A DNA stretch of 64,000 nt from an uncultured Gammaproteobacteria bacterium (GCA_964408995.1 CAYPBP010000004.1:16618-80617), one strand, 5' to 3'. Numbered from the stretch's first letter, positions 19,445 to 28,751 are shown. Numbers and translations are program-made. The notes: a model not told the origin generated them from the letters alone.

Positions 19445-22233
19445 TTAGACTTTTTTACCGTTAAAGTGTCACCATTTTCTATAGAGACAGCTAAAGTTTT
19501 ACTTTTGATTTGATCTTCAAATAATTTTGGCCAGTTTGGAGCTGTAATTTTGATTTTATCGTTTATTTCTAAACCAGCTTCACGTCGTAGAACTTGAATT
19601 GATCTGACTAAATCACGATATTCCCCTTCGGCAATAAGCTCTGGGGTCAAATTAGTATCCAAAACAACAGCTAAATCTTCTTTTTTAGATTCAAAAACAA
19701 TTTCTTTAACATTAGTTTCCTGGGCAATGATATTAATTAAGTCTTGGCTTAATTTGAAATCTTGATTAATAGTGGCCTTGGCTAATGGTTGACGAAGTTT
19801 TAAGTTGAATTTTTGTCTTTGACCATGAATTAATTGACAGATATTTCTAACTGATTCCATGGCTTTTTCAAGATTAGGATTGATTAAATTTTTATCGGCT
19901 TTTGGCCAATCTTCTAAATGAACACTTTGATCAGAACTAGCAATATCAAAACCACAAAGGTTTTGATAAATAATTTCAGAAACAAAAGGGATAAAAGGAG
20001 TTAGGAATCGAGAAATTTGGTTAAAACAGAAATATAAAAGCTGGTTATTATCACTTCGATCACGACTACGACGAATGTACCAAGTGGATAAATCACTAAC
20101 AAAGTTTTCAATAGCTTTAGTGGCAGTTGAGGTGGTGTATTTATCTAAACTTTCAGTAGTTTTTTGGATAGTTGAATTTAGTCTGGACAAAAGCCAAAGA
20201 TCCATAGTGTTGGTAGTTTTTGGAGCAGTTTGATTGTCTTTATCTGGTTGCCAATTTTCCATGTTGGCATGTTGAGTGAAAAAACGATAAGAATTCCAAA
20301 GAATAAGGAGGAAATCTTTTTTAACTTGATCAGCAATATTGTAACCAAAATTGACACTGGTAAAAGCTTTTTGCTGACAATAAAGCCAACGCATTGGGTC
20401 AACACCCATTTTAGCTACAGCTTCATCGTAAGGAATACCATTTTTTTTGGTTTTACTCATCCTCTCACCTTTTTCATCTCTAACTTCAGCATAAGTAACG
20501 ACATTTTTGTATGGAGGAACATCTTCAAAAGTGACAGAAAAATAAAGCATGGAATAAAACCAAAGTCTAACTTGTTCGGTCATTTCCAAAACCATTTCAG
20601 CTGGGAACCATTTTTGCCAATAATCTTTATTATCTAAATACTTTAGGGTGGAAAAAGGAACTACACCAGCATCAAGCCAGACATCGCCGACATCAGGAAT
20701 ACGTTTAACGTTTTGACCGCATTTAGGACATTTGATCTCAATTTCATCAATCCAAGGACGATGAAAAGATGGAAGCCTTTCGACGAGTTCAGGGTTAACA
20801 GCTTTTTCTTGTAATTCTTCTTTGGAACCAATGACAACTAATTCGCCACAGTCACATTGATAGAAAGGCAGAGCTAAACCATAAAAACGTTTACGATTAA
20901 TCATCCAATCTTCCATTGAGTCGAGCCAATTTTGCATGCGACGACCAGCGTATTTAGGATGCCAATTTACTTTTTTGGCAGCTTCTTTTAATAAGGGACG
21001 GATTTTATCTGAATTAATAAACCAAGAATCTTCTAGTCGGAAGAGACATTTGGTTTTACAACGCCAACAATGAGGATAACGATGAGTAACTGATTCAGTT
21101 TTGAATAATAAATCTTTGGATTTTAGATAATCAAAAACCTTTTCATTAACATCGTGAGCATAGAGACCACTTAATTCACCATAACCTTCTAAGAAATGAC
21201 CAGCAGTATCAAGTGGAGCAATCATATCAGCTCCAAGTTTTTTACCTAATTCAAAATCTTCTTGACCACAACCAGGAGCAATGTGAACAACACCAGTACC
21301 ATCTTCTGGGCTGACTTCATCCCAATTAGTGATGTAGTGTTTAACTCCAATTTGTGCCGGAATATCATAAAGAGATTCATATTCTAGATTTAATAAAGTT
21401 TTAGCATCAATACTTTCATAATCAGTTAAAGCAAGTCGGTCGGCGGCAACCTTGGCAAGATATATAACACTGCCTTCGAATTTAGCTTTAACATATTCAA
21501 AATCAGTATTAATGGCTAACAAAACATTGGCTGATAAAGTCCAAGGAGTAGTGGTCCAAACTAAAACATATTCATTTTGACGATCTTTTAATTTGAATTT
21601 CAAATAAACTGAAGTATCAGTGTCCATTTGGTAACCATCGGCTTCTTCGTGCTGAGATAAACCAGTTTCACAACGAGGACACCAAGTGGTGGCTGATTTT
21701 TTCTTGATTAACCAACCTTTTTGCCAAACAGTTTTTAAAAAGTGCCAAATATAGAGATTGTTTGTTTGAGAATTGGTGTAATAAGAATCGTCCCAATCCA
21801 TAAACATGCCAAGACGTTTGGATTGTTCGGTTTGAATTTGACTATATTTATTGACTCGAGCCAAACAAGCATTAGTAAAATTATCCATGCCAAAATCTAA
21901 AATATCTTTTTTAGAGTTAAATCCGGATTCTTTTTCAACTTCGACTTCGACCCAAAGACCTTGGCAATCAAAACCATTTTGAAATCTTTGAGCAAAACCT
22001 TGGCTGTTTTTATAACGCTGGAAAACGTCTTTTAGAGCTCGACCCCTGGCATGATGAACACCCATGGGGTTATTGGCAGTGATAGGACCATCAATAAAAC
22101 TAAAAATCTTATCTGAAGAATCGTTTTTGTGAAGATATTTTTGGACCACATCGTGGGTATACCAAAAATCAACTAACTTGGTTTCCAGTTCGGGAAAGTT
22201 TGGTAATGATGGTAAATCTTTAAAGAATGACAT
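19441..22233 (-). CDS. ileS: Isoleucine-tRNA ligase
   Basis: 930 aa class I aaRS. It has the IleRS-specific WTTTPWTL motif, KMSKS as MSKTK, DVWLDAG and Zn-ribbon Cys pairs. The HIGH region is atypical (GVHHARG). Confidence 0.8.
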   Translation of the reverse strand: MSFFKDLPSLPNFPELETKLVDFWYTHDVVQKYLHKNDSSDKIFSFIDGPITANNPMGVHHARGRALKDVFQRYKNSQGFAQRFQNGFDCQGLWVEVEVEKESGFNSKKDILDFGMDNFTNACLARVNKYSQIQTEQSKRLGMFMDWDDSYYTNSQTNNLYIWHFLKTVWQKGWLIKKKSATTWCPRCETGLSQHEEADGYQMDTDTSVYLKFKLKDRQNEYVLVWTTTPWTLSANVLLAINTDFEYVKAKFEGSVIYLAKVAADRLALTDYESIDAKTLLNLEYESLYDIPAQIGVKHYITNWDEVSPEDGTGVVHIAPGCGQEDFELGKKLGADMIAPLDTAGHFLEGYGELSGLYAHDVNEKVFDYLKSKDLLFKTESVTHRYPHCWRCKTKCLFRLEDSWFINSDKIRPLLKEAAKKVNWHPKYAGRRMQNWLDSMEDWMINRKRFYGLALPFYQCDCGELVVIGSKEELQEKAVNPELVERLPSFHRPWIDEIEIKCPKCGQNVKRIPDVGDVWLDAGVVPFSTLKYLDNKDYWQKWFPAEMVLEMTEQVRLWFYSMLYFSVTFEDVPPYKNVVTYAEVRDEKGERMSKTKKNGIPYDEAVAKMGVDPMRWLYCQQKAFTSVNFGYNIADQVKKDFLLILWNSYRFFTQHANMENWQPDKDNQTAPKTTNTMDLWLLSRLNSTIQKTTESLDKYTTSTATKAIENFVSDLSTWYIRRSRDRSDNNQLLYFCFNQISRFLTPFIPFVSEIIYQNLCGFDIASSDQSVHLEDWPKADKNLINPNLEKAMESVRNICQLIHGQRQKFNLKLRQPLAKATINQDFKLSQDLINIIAQETNVKEIVFESKKEDLAVVLDTNLTPELIAEGEYRDLVRSIQVLRREAGLEINDKIKITAPNWPKLFEDQIKSKTLAVSIENGDTLTVKKSN

Positions 22234-22266
22234 ATTTGTTGGATTTAATTATGTCTGTATTATACC

Positions 22267-22731
22267 TTATATTTGGTTCATTACCTCAATTATGTGGCTA
22301 GTAGAAAAGGATGGAATTCTTTTAATAACTTCGACTAATTTGGCACCGACTAGTTTGGCTTGAGTTTTTTTAATTTCGGTTTTTTCGTCCCCTTTGGTGA
22401 TGGCAATTACTGATGGTTTAATTTCTTTTACTAAATCAGTATATTGTTGACCATTAATTTCTGGTAATAAAATTACCCAATCGACCATATCTAAATTAAT
22501 TAATATTTCAGCTCGATTTTGCTCTTTATTTATTGGTCTGTCATTACCTTTTAATTTTTTAATAGTGGCATCGGATTCTAGTAAAACAACTAAAGTTTTA
22601 CCCAGCTTTTTGGCTTTTTTCAAAAAACTAATGTGGCCCAAATGAAGAATATCAAAACAACCTCCGACCAAAACTATCTCTTGGTTTTTTTCGAGTTTGT
22701 TTAGTTGATTAATTTTGATGATATTGGACAT
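22267..22731 (-). CDS. Cytidylyl/adenylyltransferase of the RfaE domain II / HldE-C type
   Basis: VLVGGCFDILHLGHISFLKKAKKLGKTLVVLLESDATIKKLKGNDRPIN closely matches D-beta-D-heptose-1-P adenylyltransferase (HIGH-type nucleotidyltransferase). Confidence 0.7.
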   Translation of the reverse strand: MSNIIKINQLNKLEKNQEIVLVGGCFDILHLGHISFLKKAKKLGKTLVVLLESDATIKKLKGNDRPINKEQNRAEILINLDMVDWVILLPEINGQQYTDLVKEIKPSVIAITKGDEKTEIKKTQAKLVGAKLVEVIKRIPSFSTSHIIEVMNQI

Positions 22732-22775
22732 ATAGATTGGTAATGTATTATACCTTTTGGTATTATTAATTTATA

Positions 22776-23423
22776 ATGAAAAAGTTTATTAGATTGTACA
22801 AGCCTCAAATAATAGCCTGTAGCCCGTTTTTTGTTATAGCTTTGATTATTGTTGTTCTTCATCTATTCCTGCATCCTGTAAGAGTTCTTGATATGAGTAC
22901 AAGTATATTTTATATGGATGAAAAACACACTTTGGCAGCTTTATTTTTAACACTGACGTCATTTTTGGTTGGATATTTAATATTAGTTAACCTAGTTAAT
23001 AAAAAAAACAAAACTGAACGGTTAATTAACCTTTTTTATGGTTTGTTTTTTATTATTCTTTCTATTGATGAATATTTTGAAGTTCATGAATATGCTAATA
23101 CTCTTGTAAAGGCTGCTATTAAAAATGATGGAATTGGTAAATCATTGACTAATTGGTCTTGGATTTTTCCGTTATCATTAATAATTTTAGCTGTATTTGT
23201 ATTATTTATAGTAAAAATTAAAAATCTAAAGCCTAATGCCAGGCTACCTATTATTTTAGGAACACTGTCTTTTGGGTTGGTGTTAATCTTTGAATTATTG
23301 GGTGCGGCTACTTATGGAAACAATATTTATGTATATTTTGTAGCAATTGAAGAAGGTATGGAAATGATTGGAATTTCTTTCTTTTTACTTGCTGTTTTGG
23401 TGGAAAATAAAAAGATATTATAA
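22776..23423 (+). CDS. Integral membrane protein, hypothetical
   Basis: Multiple TM helices and no known motif. Confidence 0.45.
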   Translation: MKKFIRLYKPQIIACSPFFVIALIIVVLHLFLHPVRVLDMSTSIFYMDEKHTLAALFLTLTSFLVGYLILVNLVNKKNKTERLINLFYGLFFIILSIDEYFEVHEYANTLVKAAIKNDGIGKSLTNWSWIFPLSLIILAVFVLFIVKIKNLKPNARLPIILGTLSFGLVLIFELLGAATYGNNIYVYFVAIEEGMEMIGISFFLLAVLVENKKIL

Positions 23424-25178
23424 TTGTTTGTAGATTGATTCAATTTGATCAACCATTGATTTTATAGAGAATTTTTTTGAATCAATCATAGCCTGTTTTC
23501 CAATTTTATCTCGCAAATTTTTATCTATTAAAATTTTTTTTAATAGATTTGATAATTCTTGTGAATTTTTCGGATTTACAAGAAAACCGTTTTTATTATT
23601 TTTAATAAATTCTTTTGGTCCACCAGTATTAGAGGCAATTACTACTTTTCCGGCTGCCATAGCTTCTAAATACATTAGTCCAAAGGTTTCATATAATGCT
23701 GGCACACAAACAATATCTGCTCCAGAATAAAATTCTGGCATTTTATCTGGGCTAATTATTGGTATAAATTTTACATTTTTTTCCAGTTTTTTTTCTTTGA
23801 CTATTTCTTTTATAGTTATTTTTGTATTTGCTAATACTTTATTTGCACATACTTCGTTTGAAATACTTACTAATAAAAAATTATTAATTCCATTTTTTAT
23901 TAATTTCCCCAGAGCATCGAAAACTAATTTTAAATTCTTTTGTTTATTAAGTTCTCCATTGGTTAAACTAAATAACCTGGCTGGACTAAAAAGAATTATT
24001 CTTCCTTCTTTTCTAAATTTAGACATTGTATTTCCGACTTTTGCTTTTGAAAAAAGATTAGTATCAATTCCGTTATAAATTACATTTATTTTTTTAGCAT
24101 TTGTTCCTAATTTTTTCCACTCTTTTTTAACAAAATCACTAACACAAATTAAATAGTCCCATGGTAATTCCCTTAGTGGTTTTGTCACCTCACAATCTTT
24201 TAATTGAGCATTATGAGCATGTTCAATTATTGGAATTCCAGAATTTTTTACTGTTTTAAATATTTTTAATACTGTTTTGACTCCTATGGATTTATCTTTA
24301 CTTCCAGATGGATATGTTCCATTATGAAAATGAAAGATGTCTGGTTTATTTCTTTTTAAAATTTCAAACAAGTCGTAATCAACTTTTTGTTCATTCTGAA
24401 AATTTTTGGAATCAACATATTTTCTTCTAAATACTTTAATTCCAAAGACTTTTTCATCAGTCTCTTTTCCATCATCCAGTACTGATGTTAATACTGATAC
24501 TTCATATCCTCTTTTTACTAACTCCCGAGCTTGATTTAATAATATTGTTTCGGCTCCACCAACTTTAGGATAAAAAAACCAACTAAAAAACATTATTGAT
24601 CTGTTTTTATTTTTTTCTTTTAAAACGGGTAGTTCTTTAAAATAGTTGTGGCCAAAATTATCTTTATTTAAATTTATCCAATTTTTTAAAATAAAACTAT
24701 TAAACATAGCATGGCCTACTAATAAAATATTTTTTTTAGAATATTTATTAATAAATTTTCTTAAATCTAGATACCTTTTATCTAACAAATCTGGTTTTTC
24801 ACCTTTGGTGAAAACCCAATTTTGAAAATTATTTGATTGAACATTTTTATAATCATTTGGATATTTTTTTTGGGCTTGGGCTGATGTCATTCCACTAATT
24901 ATTCCAACATCAACTTCATTTAATAATTTAGTTTTAATTATTAGAATATTTTTTCCATAACTTTCTTTTTGTTGTTTTTGATAAATTTTTGCTGTTTGAT
25001 AAGCTCTTTTTAAATTACTACAAATTATTACATCAAATTGATATTTTCCAGCTATTTTTATAGCTTGTTTTTTTACTTCTTCTTTTCCTTTACTTATTAG
25101 TGATGTATCTATGCGACTACCAGCAAAAAAATTTTTTTGATTATGTTCAGATTTTGCATGTCTAACTAAAACAATCAT
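23418..25178 (-). CDS. Fusion protein: N-terminal histidine phosphatase (PGM-like) plus C-terminal GT4 glycosyltransferase
   Basis: The N-terminus MIVLVRHAKSEHN carries the RHG-motif family signature. The C-terminal half is a GT-B fold (EHAHN..., E..FGLMYLEAMAAGKVVIASNTGG). Confidence 0.7.
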   Translation of the reverse strand: MIVLVRHAKSEHNQKNFFAGSRIDTSLISKGKEEVKKQAIKIAGKYQFDVIICSNLKRAYQTAKIYQKQQKESYGKNILIIKTKLLNEVDVGIISGMTSAQAQKKYPNDYKNVQSNNFQNWVFTKGEKPDLLDKRYLDLRKFINKYSKKNILLVGHAMFNSFILKNWINLNKDNFGHNYFKELPVLKEKNKNRSIMFFSWFFYPKVGGAETILLNQARELVKRGYEVSVLTSVLDDGKETDEKVFGIKVFRRKYVDSKNFQNEQKVDYDLFEILKRNKPDIFHFHNGTYPSGSKDKSIGVKTVLKIFKTVKNSGIPIIEHAHNAQLKDCEVTKPLRELPWDYLICVSDFVKKEWKKLGTNAKKINVIYNGIDTNLFSKAKVGNTMSKFRKEGRIILFSPARLFSLTNGELNKQKNLKLVFDALGKLIKNGINNFLLVSISNEVCANKVLANTKITIKEIVKEKKLEKNVKFIPIISPDKMPEFYSGADIVCVPALYETFGLMYLEAMAAGKVVIASNTGGPKEFIKNNKNGFLVNPKNSQELSNLLKKILIDKNLRDKIGKQAMIDSKKFSIKSMVDQIESIYKQL

Positions 25179-26533
25179 TATTCTATAATGGCTAATAATT
25201 CAGCTAAAACACGAATAGTCTTATCAGCTGCTTCTTTGAGTTCTTTAGATTTTGGTCTATAAGCTACACTTAATTTTGCTTGTTTAAAAGCTGCTAAACT
25301 TTTGTCGTTTCCGGCAACCATAATGGTTTGCGAAGGTTTTACTTTTTGTGATTTTATAGCTTTATAAAAAGATTTAGAAAATCCCTCATCAAAAGTATCA
25401 TTCATCCAATTGATTGATTCTTCTTTTATTTTACCTGTATATTTACCTTTTTTCTTCTCTAAACATATTCCATCCCAAAAATGAATACCTAATCTGTTGG
25501 CGTAAACTTCTACGATTGGTGAAAAGTTTGAGCTGATTATTCCAACTTGATACTTTCTTCTTATTAATGCTTTAATTACTTCTTGGGCATAACGAACAAT
25601 TGGTAATTTAGAAACAATTTCTTCTACTGTAGAAACTTTGGTTTCAATGAATAGTTTTGCGTTCTTTGCGAGATATTCTCTAGCTGTTATTTTTCCTTTT
25701 TCTAAAGAATCATGATTTTTATTAATTTCTTCTTGAATTCCTAAAATTTTATATAATTCTCCAAGAGCAGACTCATTAATTAAAGTATTATCTAACGTAA
25801 ATAAAACTAATTTGTAATTATGACGAATTAGGCCAGCTTTAGAAATCATTGTTTCTAATACTTGCCGACTCATTTCTTTAACTGTTTCAGCTGAATTTTC
25901 TCTGTTGACTAAAGAGCCAATGTTAACTTCAACAATCCTTTGTTCTGATTCAATAGCATCAAAAAGTAAGCCAATATCTACTCCATACCTATCAGCAAAT
26001 TCAGCATTTATTAAAAAACTTTTTTTGGCACAAATTTGACCACTAATTGGTTGATCGAAATACATACTAGGGAATAGTATTTCCATCATTGGTTTTACTG
26101 CAAATTCTGTAACCCTACCTCTGGCTCGAGTAAAAGATCCTCTAGCCATGTCTACCTTATCTAATAATACTGGTTCTACAATTTTAAATATTTTTTGACT
26201 AGTTATATTGCCTAAATCAGCATCTAAGAATAAAATTATTTCATTTCTTGCTTTTTTAACCCCAGTTTTTAAAGCTAAACCCTTACCTCTGTTTTTATTT
26301 AATTTAATATATGTGAAACGTTCTTCGTTTTCAAATTGTTTTACTGCTATTTCTGTATCATCAGTACTCCCATCATCTATAAAAATTAGTTCATCCATTT
26401 GGGGAATTTTTAATAATTCTAAAACTACTTTTACAAAACGTGGGTTTTCATTATAAGAAGGTACAACAGCAGAAAATTTTTGTGAAACTTCTTTATCTAG
26501 TTCGTTAGTTAGAAGTTCATTTGAATTTAACAT
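25178..26533 (-). CDS. Fusion protein: N-terminal GT-A glycosyltransferase (GT2/GpgS-like) plus C-terminal HAD phosphatase
   Basis: VVPSYNE...IDDGSTDDT...RGKGLALK...FLDADL is a GT-A DxD-type fold. The C-terminus carries HAD motifs (LVLFTLDNTLI ... GNDKSL). Confidence 0.7.
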   Translation of the reverse strand: MLNSNELLTNELDKEVSQKFSAVVPSYNENPRFVKVVLELLKIPQMDELIFIDDGSTDDTEIAVKQFENEERFTYIKLNKNRGKGLALKTGVKKARNEIILFLDADLGNITSQKIFKIVEPVLLDKVDMARGSFTRARGRVTEFAVKPMMEILFPSMYFDQPISGQICAKKSFLINAEFADRYGVDIGLLFDAIESEQRIVEVNIGSLVNRENSAETVKEMSRQVLETMISKAGLIRHNYKLVLFTLDNTLINESALGELYKILGIQEEINKNHDSLEKGKITAREYLAKNAKLFIETKVSTVEEIVSKLPIVRYAQEVIKALIRRKYQVGIISSNFSPIVEVYANRLGIHFWDGICLEKKKGKYTGKIKEESINWMNDTFDEGFSKSFYKAIKSQKVKPSQTIMVAGNDKSLAAFKQAKLSVAYRPKSKELKEAADKTIRVLAELLAIIE

Positions 26534-26835
26534 CGTTTATTATAACATCTTATACAATAAAAATACAAAATATTGGCTAAAGTTTGAGGAAATATGTTAT
26601 AGATACTATTTCTGTATTCTATAAAATTGAAGCAGGAAATAAAAAATACTTTTATCGGACTGAGAATATTGAAAACATCAGGCCTACGTTTCACTACGGC
26701 CTGCGAAAGCGGAACATGTGGGTCTAGCACCATTCTGTCCCTATAACACCCACATTTGATTGTCTAATTTTACCATTCTATTCATCCTAAGGTTAGAGAG
26801 TAGAACTAAATTACCAATATAAATAATTAACCCTC

Positions 26836-26865
26836 TTGACAATAAATTAGCACTCGTTTTACAAT
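26836..26865 (+). promoter_or_regulatory. hsp20 promoter (-35 TTGACA, 18-nt spacer, -10 TACAAT) overlapping a CIRCE-like half-site TTAGCACTC
   Basis: Read directly from the sequence. A perfect CIRCE left arm lies at 26847-26855; the right arm is degenerate. Confidence 0.6.
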
Positions 26866-27021
26866 ACTGCTAGGTGGTTAGAAAAACCAATATAGCATTA
26901 GCCTGCGATAGTGGCTTAATAATCATCATTGCAGTCTCCTTGGTGGGGACGCCTACAATGTAAATTGGTGATCTTCTAACCACCTTAATTAATTATTTTT
27001 ATATTTAATAAGGAGGTAAAA

Positions 27022-27450
27022 ATGTCAGTCAACATTGTTCCTAAAAAAATGTTATCTTTTCCTTCTTTTTCTCTACCCAGTCTTTGGGATGAGGATGAAG
27101 ATTGGTTTATGACTCCATCCACTCAGAGTGGACTATCTGTTTACGAAGATGACAGTAAAGTATATATTGAAACAGCTATTCCAGGGATAAACCCTAAAGA
27201 TGTCGAGGTTACCTTTCAAGATGGCTATCTATGGGTAAGGGCTGAAACTAAAGAAGAGGAAAAAGATAAAAATAAAAAATATTACCGTCAAGCCAGCCAG
27301 TCATTTTCTTACCGTGTAGCTGTTCCCGGTGAAGTTGATTCCAATAAAGAACCGGAGGCAACATATAAACACGGAATGATGACAATTACTTTTAATAAAA
27401 TTCCGAAGTCTCAGCCAAAAAAAATACAAATAAAGACAATTGACGAATAA
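27022..27450 (+). CDS. Small heat shock protein, Hsp20/alpha-crystallin family
   Basis: An alpha-crystallin domain (VYIETAIPGINPKDVEVTFQDGYLWVRAE...) preceded by an AAGGAGG Shine-Dalgarno. Confidence 0.85.
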   Translation: MSVNIVPKKMLSFPSFSLPSLWDEDEDWFMTPSTQSGLSVYEDDSKVYIETAIPGINPKDVEVTFQDGYLWVRAETKEEEKDKNKKYYRQASQSFSYRVAVPGEVDSNKEPEATYKHGMMTITFNKIPKSQPKKIQIKTIDE

Positions 27451-27478
27451 AATTGTTTTGAAAAACTGTATTTTAAAC

Positions 27479-27506
27479 CCCGTTATATGACGGGATTTTT
27501 GTTTAT
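27479..27506 (+). terminator. Rho-independent terminator of hsp20
   Basis: CCCGT-TATATG-ACGGG followed by ATTTTTGTTTATT. Confidence 0.7.
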
Positions 27507-27610
27507 TACAGAAACTTGTCTTGGAAAATGTTGAATTTGGAGAATATACACCAACAAGTTAGGAAAATACTTGACTAGCACTCGGGTCGCACAGAACTTT
27601 GGCCGTTAGG

Positions 27611-27693
27611 CGGAAGGGATGGGAGTCGAACCCACATGCCATTTCTGACGCAGGTTTAGCAAACCTGTGGCTTACCATTCGCCGCACCCTTCC
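27611..27693 (-). tRNA. tRNA-Ser (anticodon GCU), class II with a long variable arm
   Basis: Reverse complement GGAAGGGTG...CAGGT TTGCTAA ACCTG CGTCAGAAATGGCATG TGGGTTCGACTCCCA TCCCTTCC G. It has a 7-bp acceptor stem and T-loop TTCGACT. Confidence 0.85.
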
Positions 27694-27749
27694 TTGTTGG
27701 ATGTGTTTTAGTATATCAAATTTTTATAAAATGCTTTATTATTATATTA

Positions 27750-28277
27750 ATGGAAGAACAAATGGATAAATTAATAAAAAGTATTAATGAAGAGAAGACG
27801 TTATTTGAGTGGGAATCAGCTGAAAGGTCTTATAAAAAAAGAGATAAAGACTTTTGGATAACAGTAGTGGCAATTTTGATTCTATTTTCTGTTATTTTAT
27901 TCTTTATAGAAGAGTTCTTTTTGATAGTAGCTTTGGTTTCAATATTATTTTTATATTATGTTTTAGCAACAGTTCCTCCAGAGAAAATTAAAAGTAAAAT
28001 TACCAACAGAGGCGTTTATTTTGGGGAAGCAGAGTACAAATGGGATATTTTGGCAAGATTTTGGTTTAAAAAGAATTTAGATAGTGAACTTTTGGAATTT
28101 GAGACTGAACTAAACTTCCCAAGACAAATCTCTTTGGTTATAAATACTGAAGAAAAAGAAGAAATCAAAAATGTCCTTTTGAAAAAATTACCATTGATTG
28201 AATCTTCACCTAACTTTATTGATAAATTAACAAAATGGTTTGGAGACAGATTACCTTTGGAAAAACGGGAAAAATAG
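27750..28277 (+). CDS. Membrane protein, hypothetical
   Basis: Two central TM helices and no known domain. Confidence 0.4.
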   Translation: MEEQMDKLIKSINEEKTLFEWESAERSYKKRDKDFWITVVAILILFSVILFFIEEFFLIVALVSILFLYYVLATVPPEKIKSKITNRGVYFGEAEYKWDILARFWFKKNLDSELLEFETELNFPRQISLVINTEEKEEIKNVLLKKLPLIESSPNFIDKLTKWFGDRLPLEKREK

Positions 28278-28304
28278 ATTTTTTTTGGTATAATTCACTT
28301 CGAT

Positions 28305-28378
28305 GTACTCGTAGCTCAATTGGATAGAGCATTGGTTTGCGGAACCAAAGGTTGGAGGTCCGAGCCCTCTCGAGTACA
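28305..28378 (+). tRNA. tRNA-Arg, apparent anticodon GCG
   Basis: GTACTCG TA GCTC AATTGGATA GAGC A TTGGT TTGCGGA ACCAA AGGTT GGAGG TCCGAGC CCTCT CGAGTAC A. The cloverleaf is good; G37 is consistent with Arg. Confidence 0.75.
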
Positions 28379-28439
28379 CTCAGTAAGTGTCGTTTGCGGT
28401 CCCGCAGCAGCGGGACGATTCCTTGTAGGCGCACTTAAT

Positions 28440-28751
28440 TTAATTAACTTCTTTAAGATTATCGACGTAGAGAACTTTACCACTGTACATACCAGAAACT
28501 TCAATATACTTTTTTATATAACTATCTAAGTTATATTTTTGGCTAGTAATAGTGGTGACTTCAGTTCCTGATTTTAAAAGATAACCTTCGGCTGTTTTAA
28601 TTATTAATTGACCAGTTAAAGTAGTAATACTTTTAGTTGGGCTTTTAGAAGTTGGCACAGTAGCAGGCTTGGCCACTAGGCTACAGCCACCTAGACAAAA
28701 TAAAGAAAATAAAAAGATAAAACTGATGGTGATTTTTTTAATATTTTTCAT
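28440..28751 (-). CDS. Small lipoprotein, hypothetical
   Basis: A signal peptide with lipobox LGGC (MKNIKKITISFIFLFSLFCLGGCS). Confidence 0.55.
   Translation of the reverse strand: MKNIKKITISFIFLFSLFCLGGCSLVAKPATVPTSKSPTKSITTLTGQLIIKTAEGYLLKSGTEVTTITSQKYNLDSYIKKYIEVSGMYSGKVLYVDNLKEVN

Noticed and set aside
22267-26533. Calling the cluster a definite glucosylglycerate (GpgS/GpgP) pathway
   Set aside because: GT-A sequences of GpgS and Dpm1-like GT2 cannot be told apart by eye. This is kept as a hypothesis only.
26527-26733. 68-aa ORF in the GT2-HAD to hsp20 intergenic region
   Set aside because: It has no RBS and a Cys/Tyr/Phe-rich composition typical of AT-rich non-coding DNA. It overlaps a putative structured RNA region.
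28216-28529. ORFs 28216-28434 (-), 28316-28504 (-) and 28320-28529 (+)
   Set aside because: They overlap tRNA-Arg and its downstream GC hairpin, so they are spurious.
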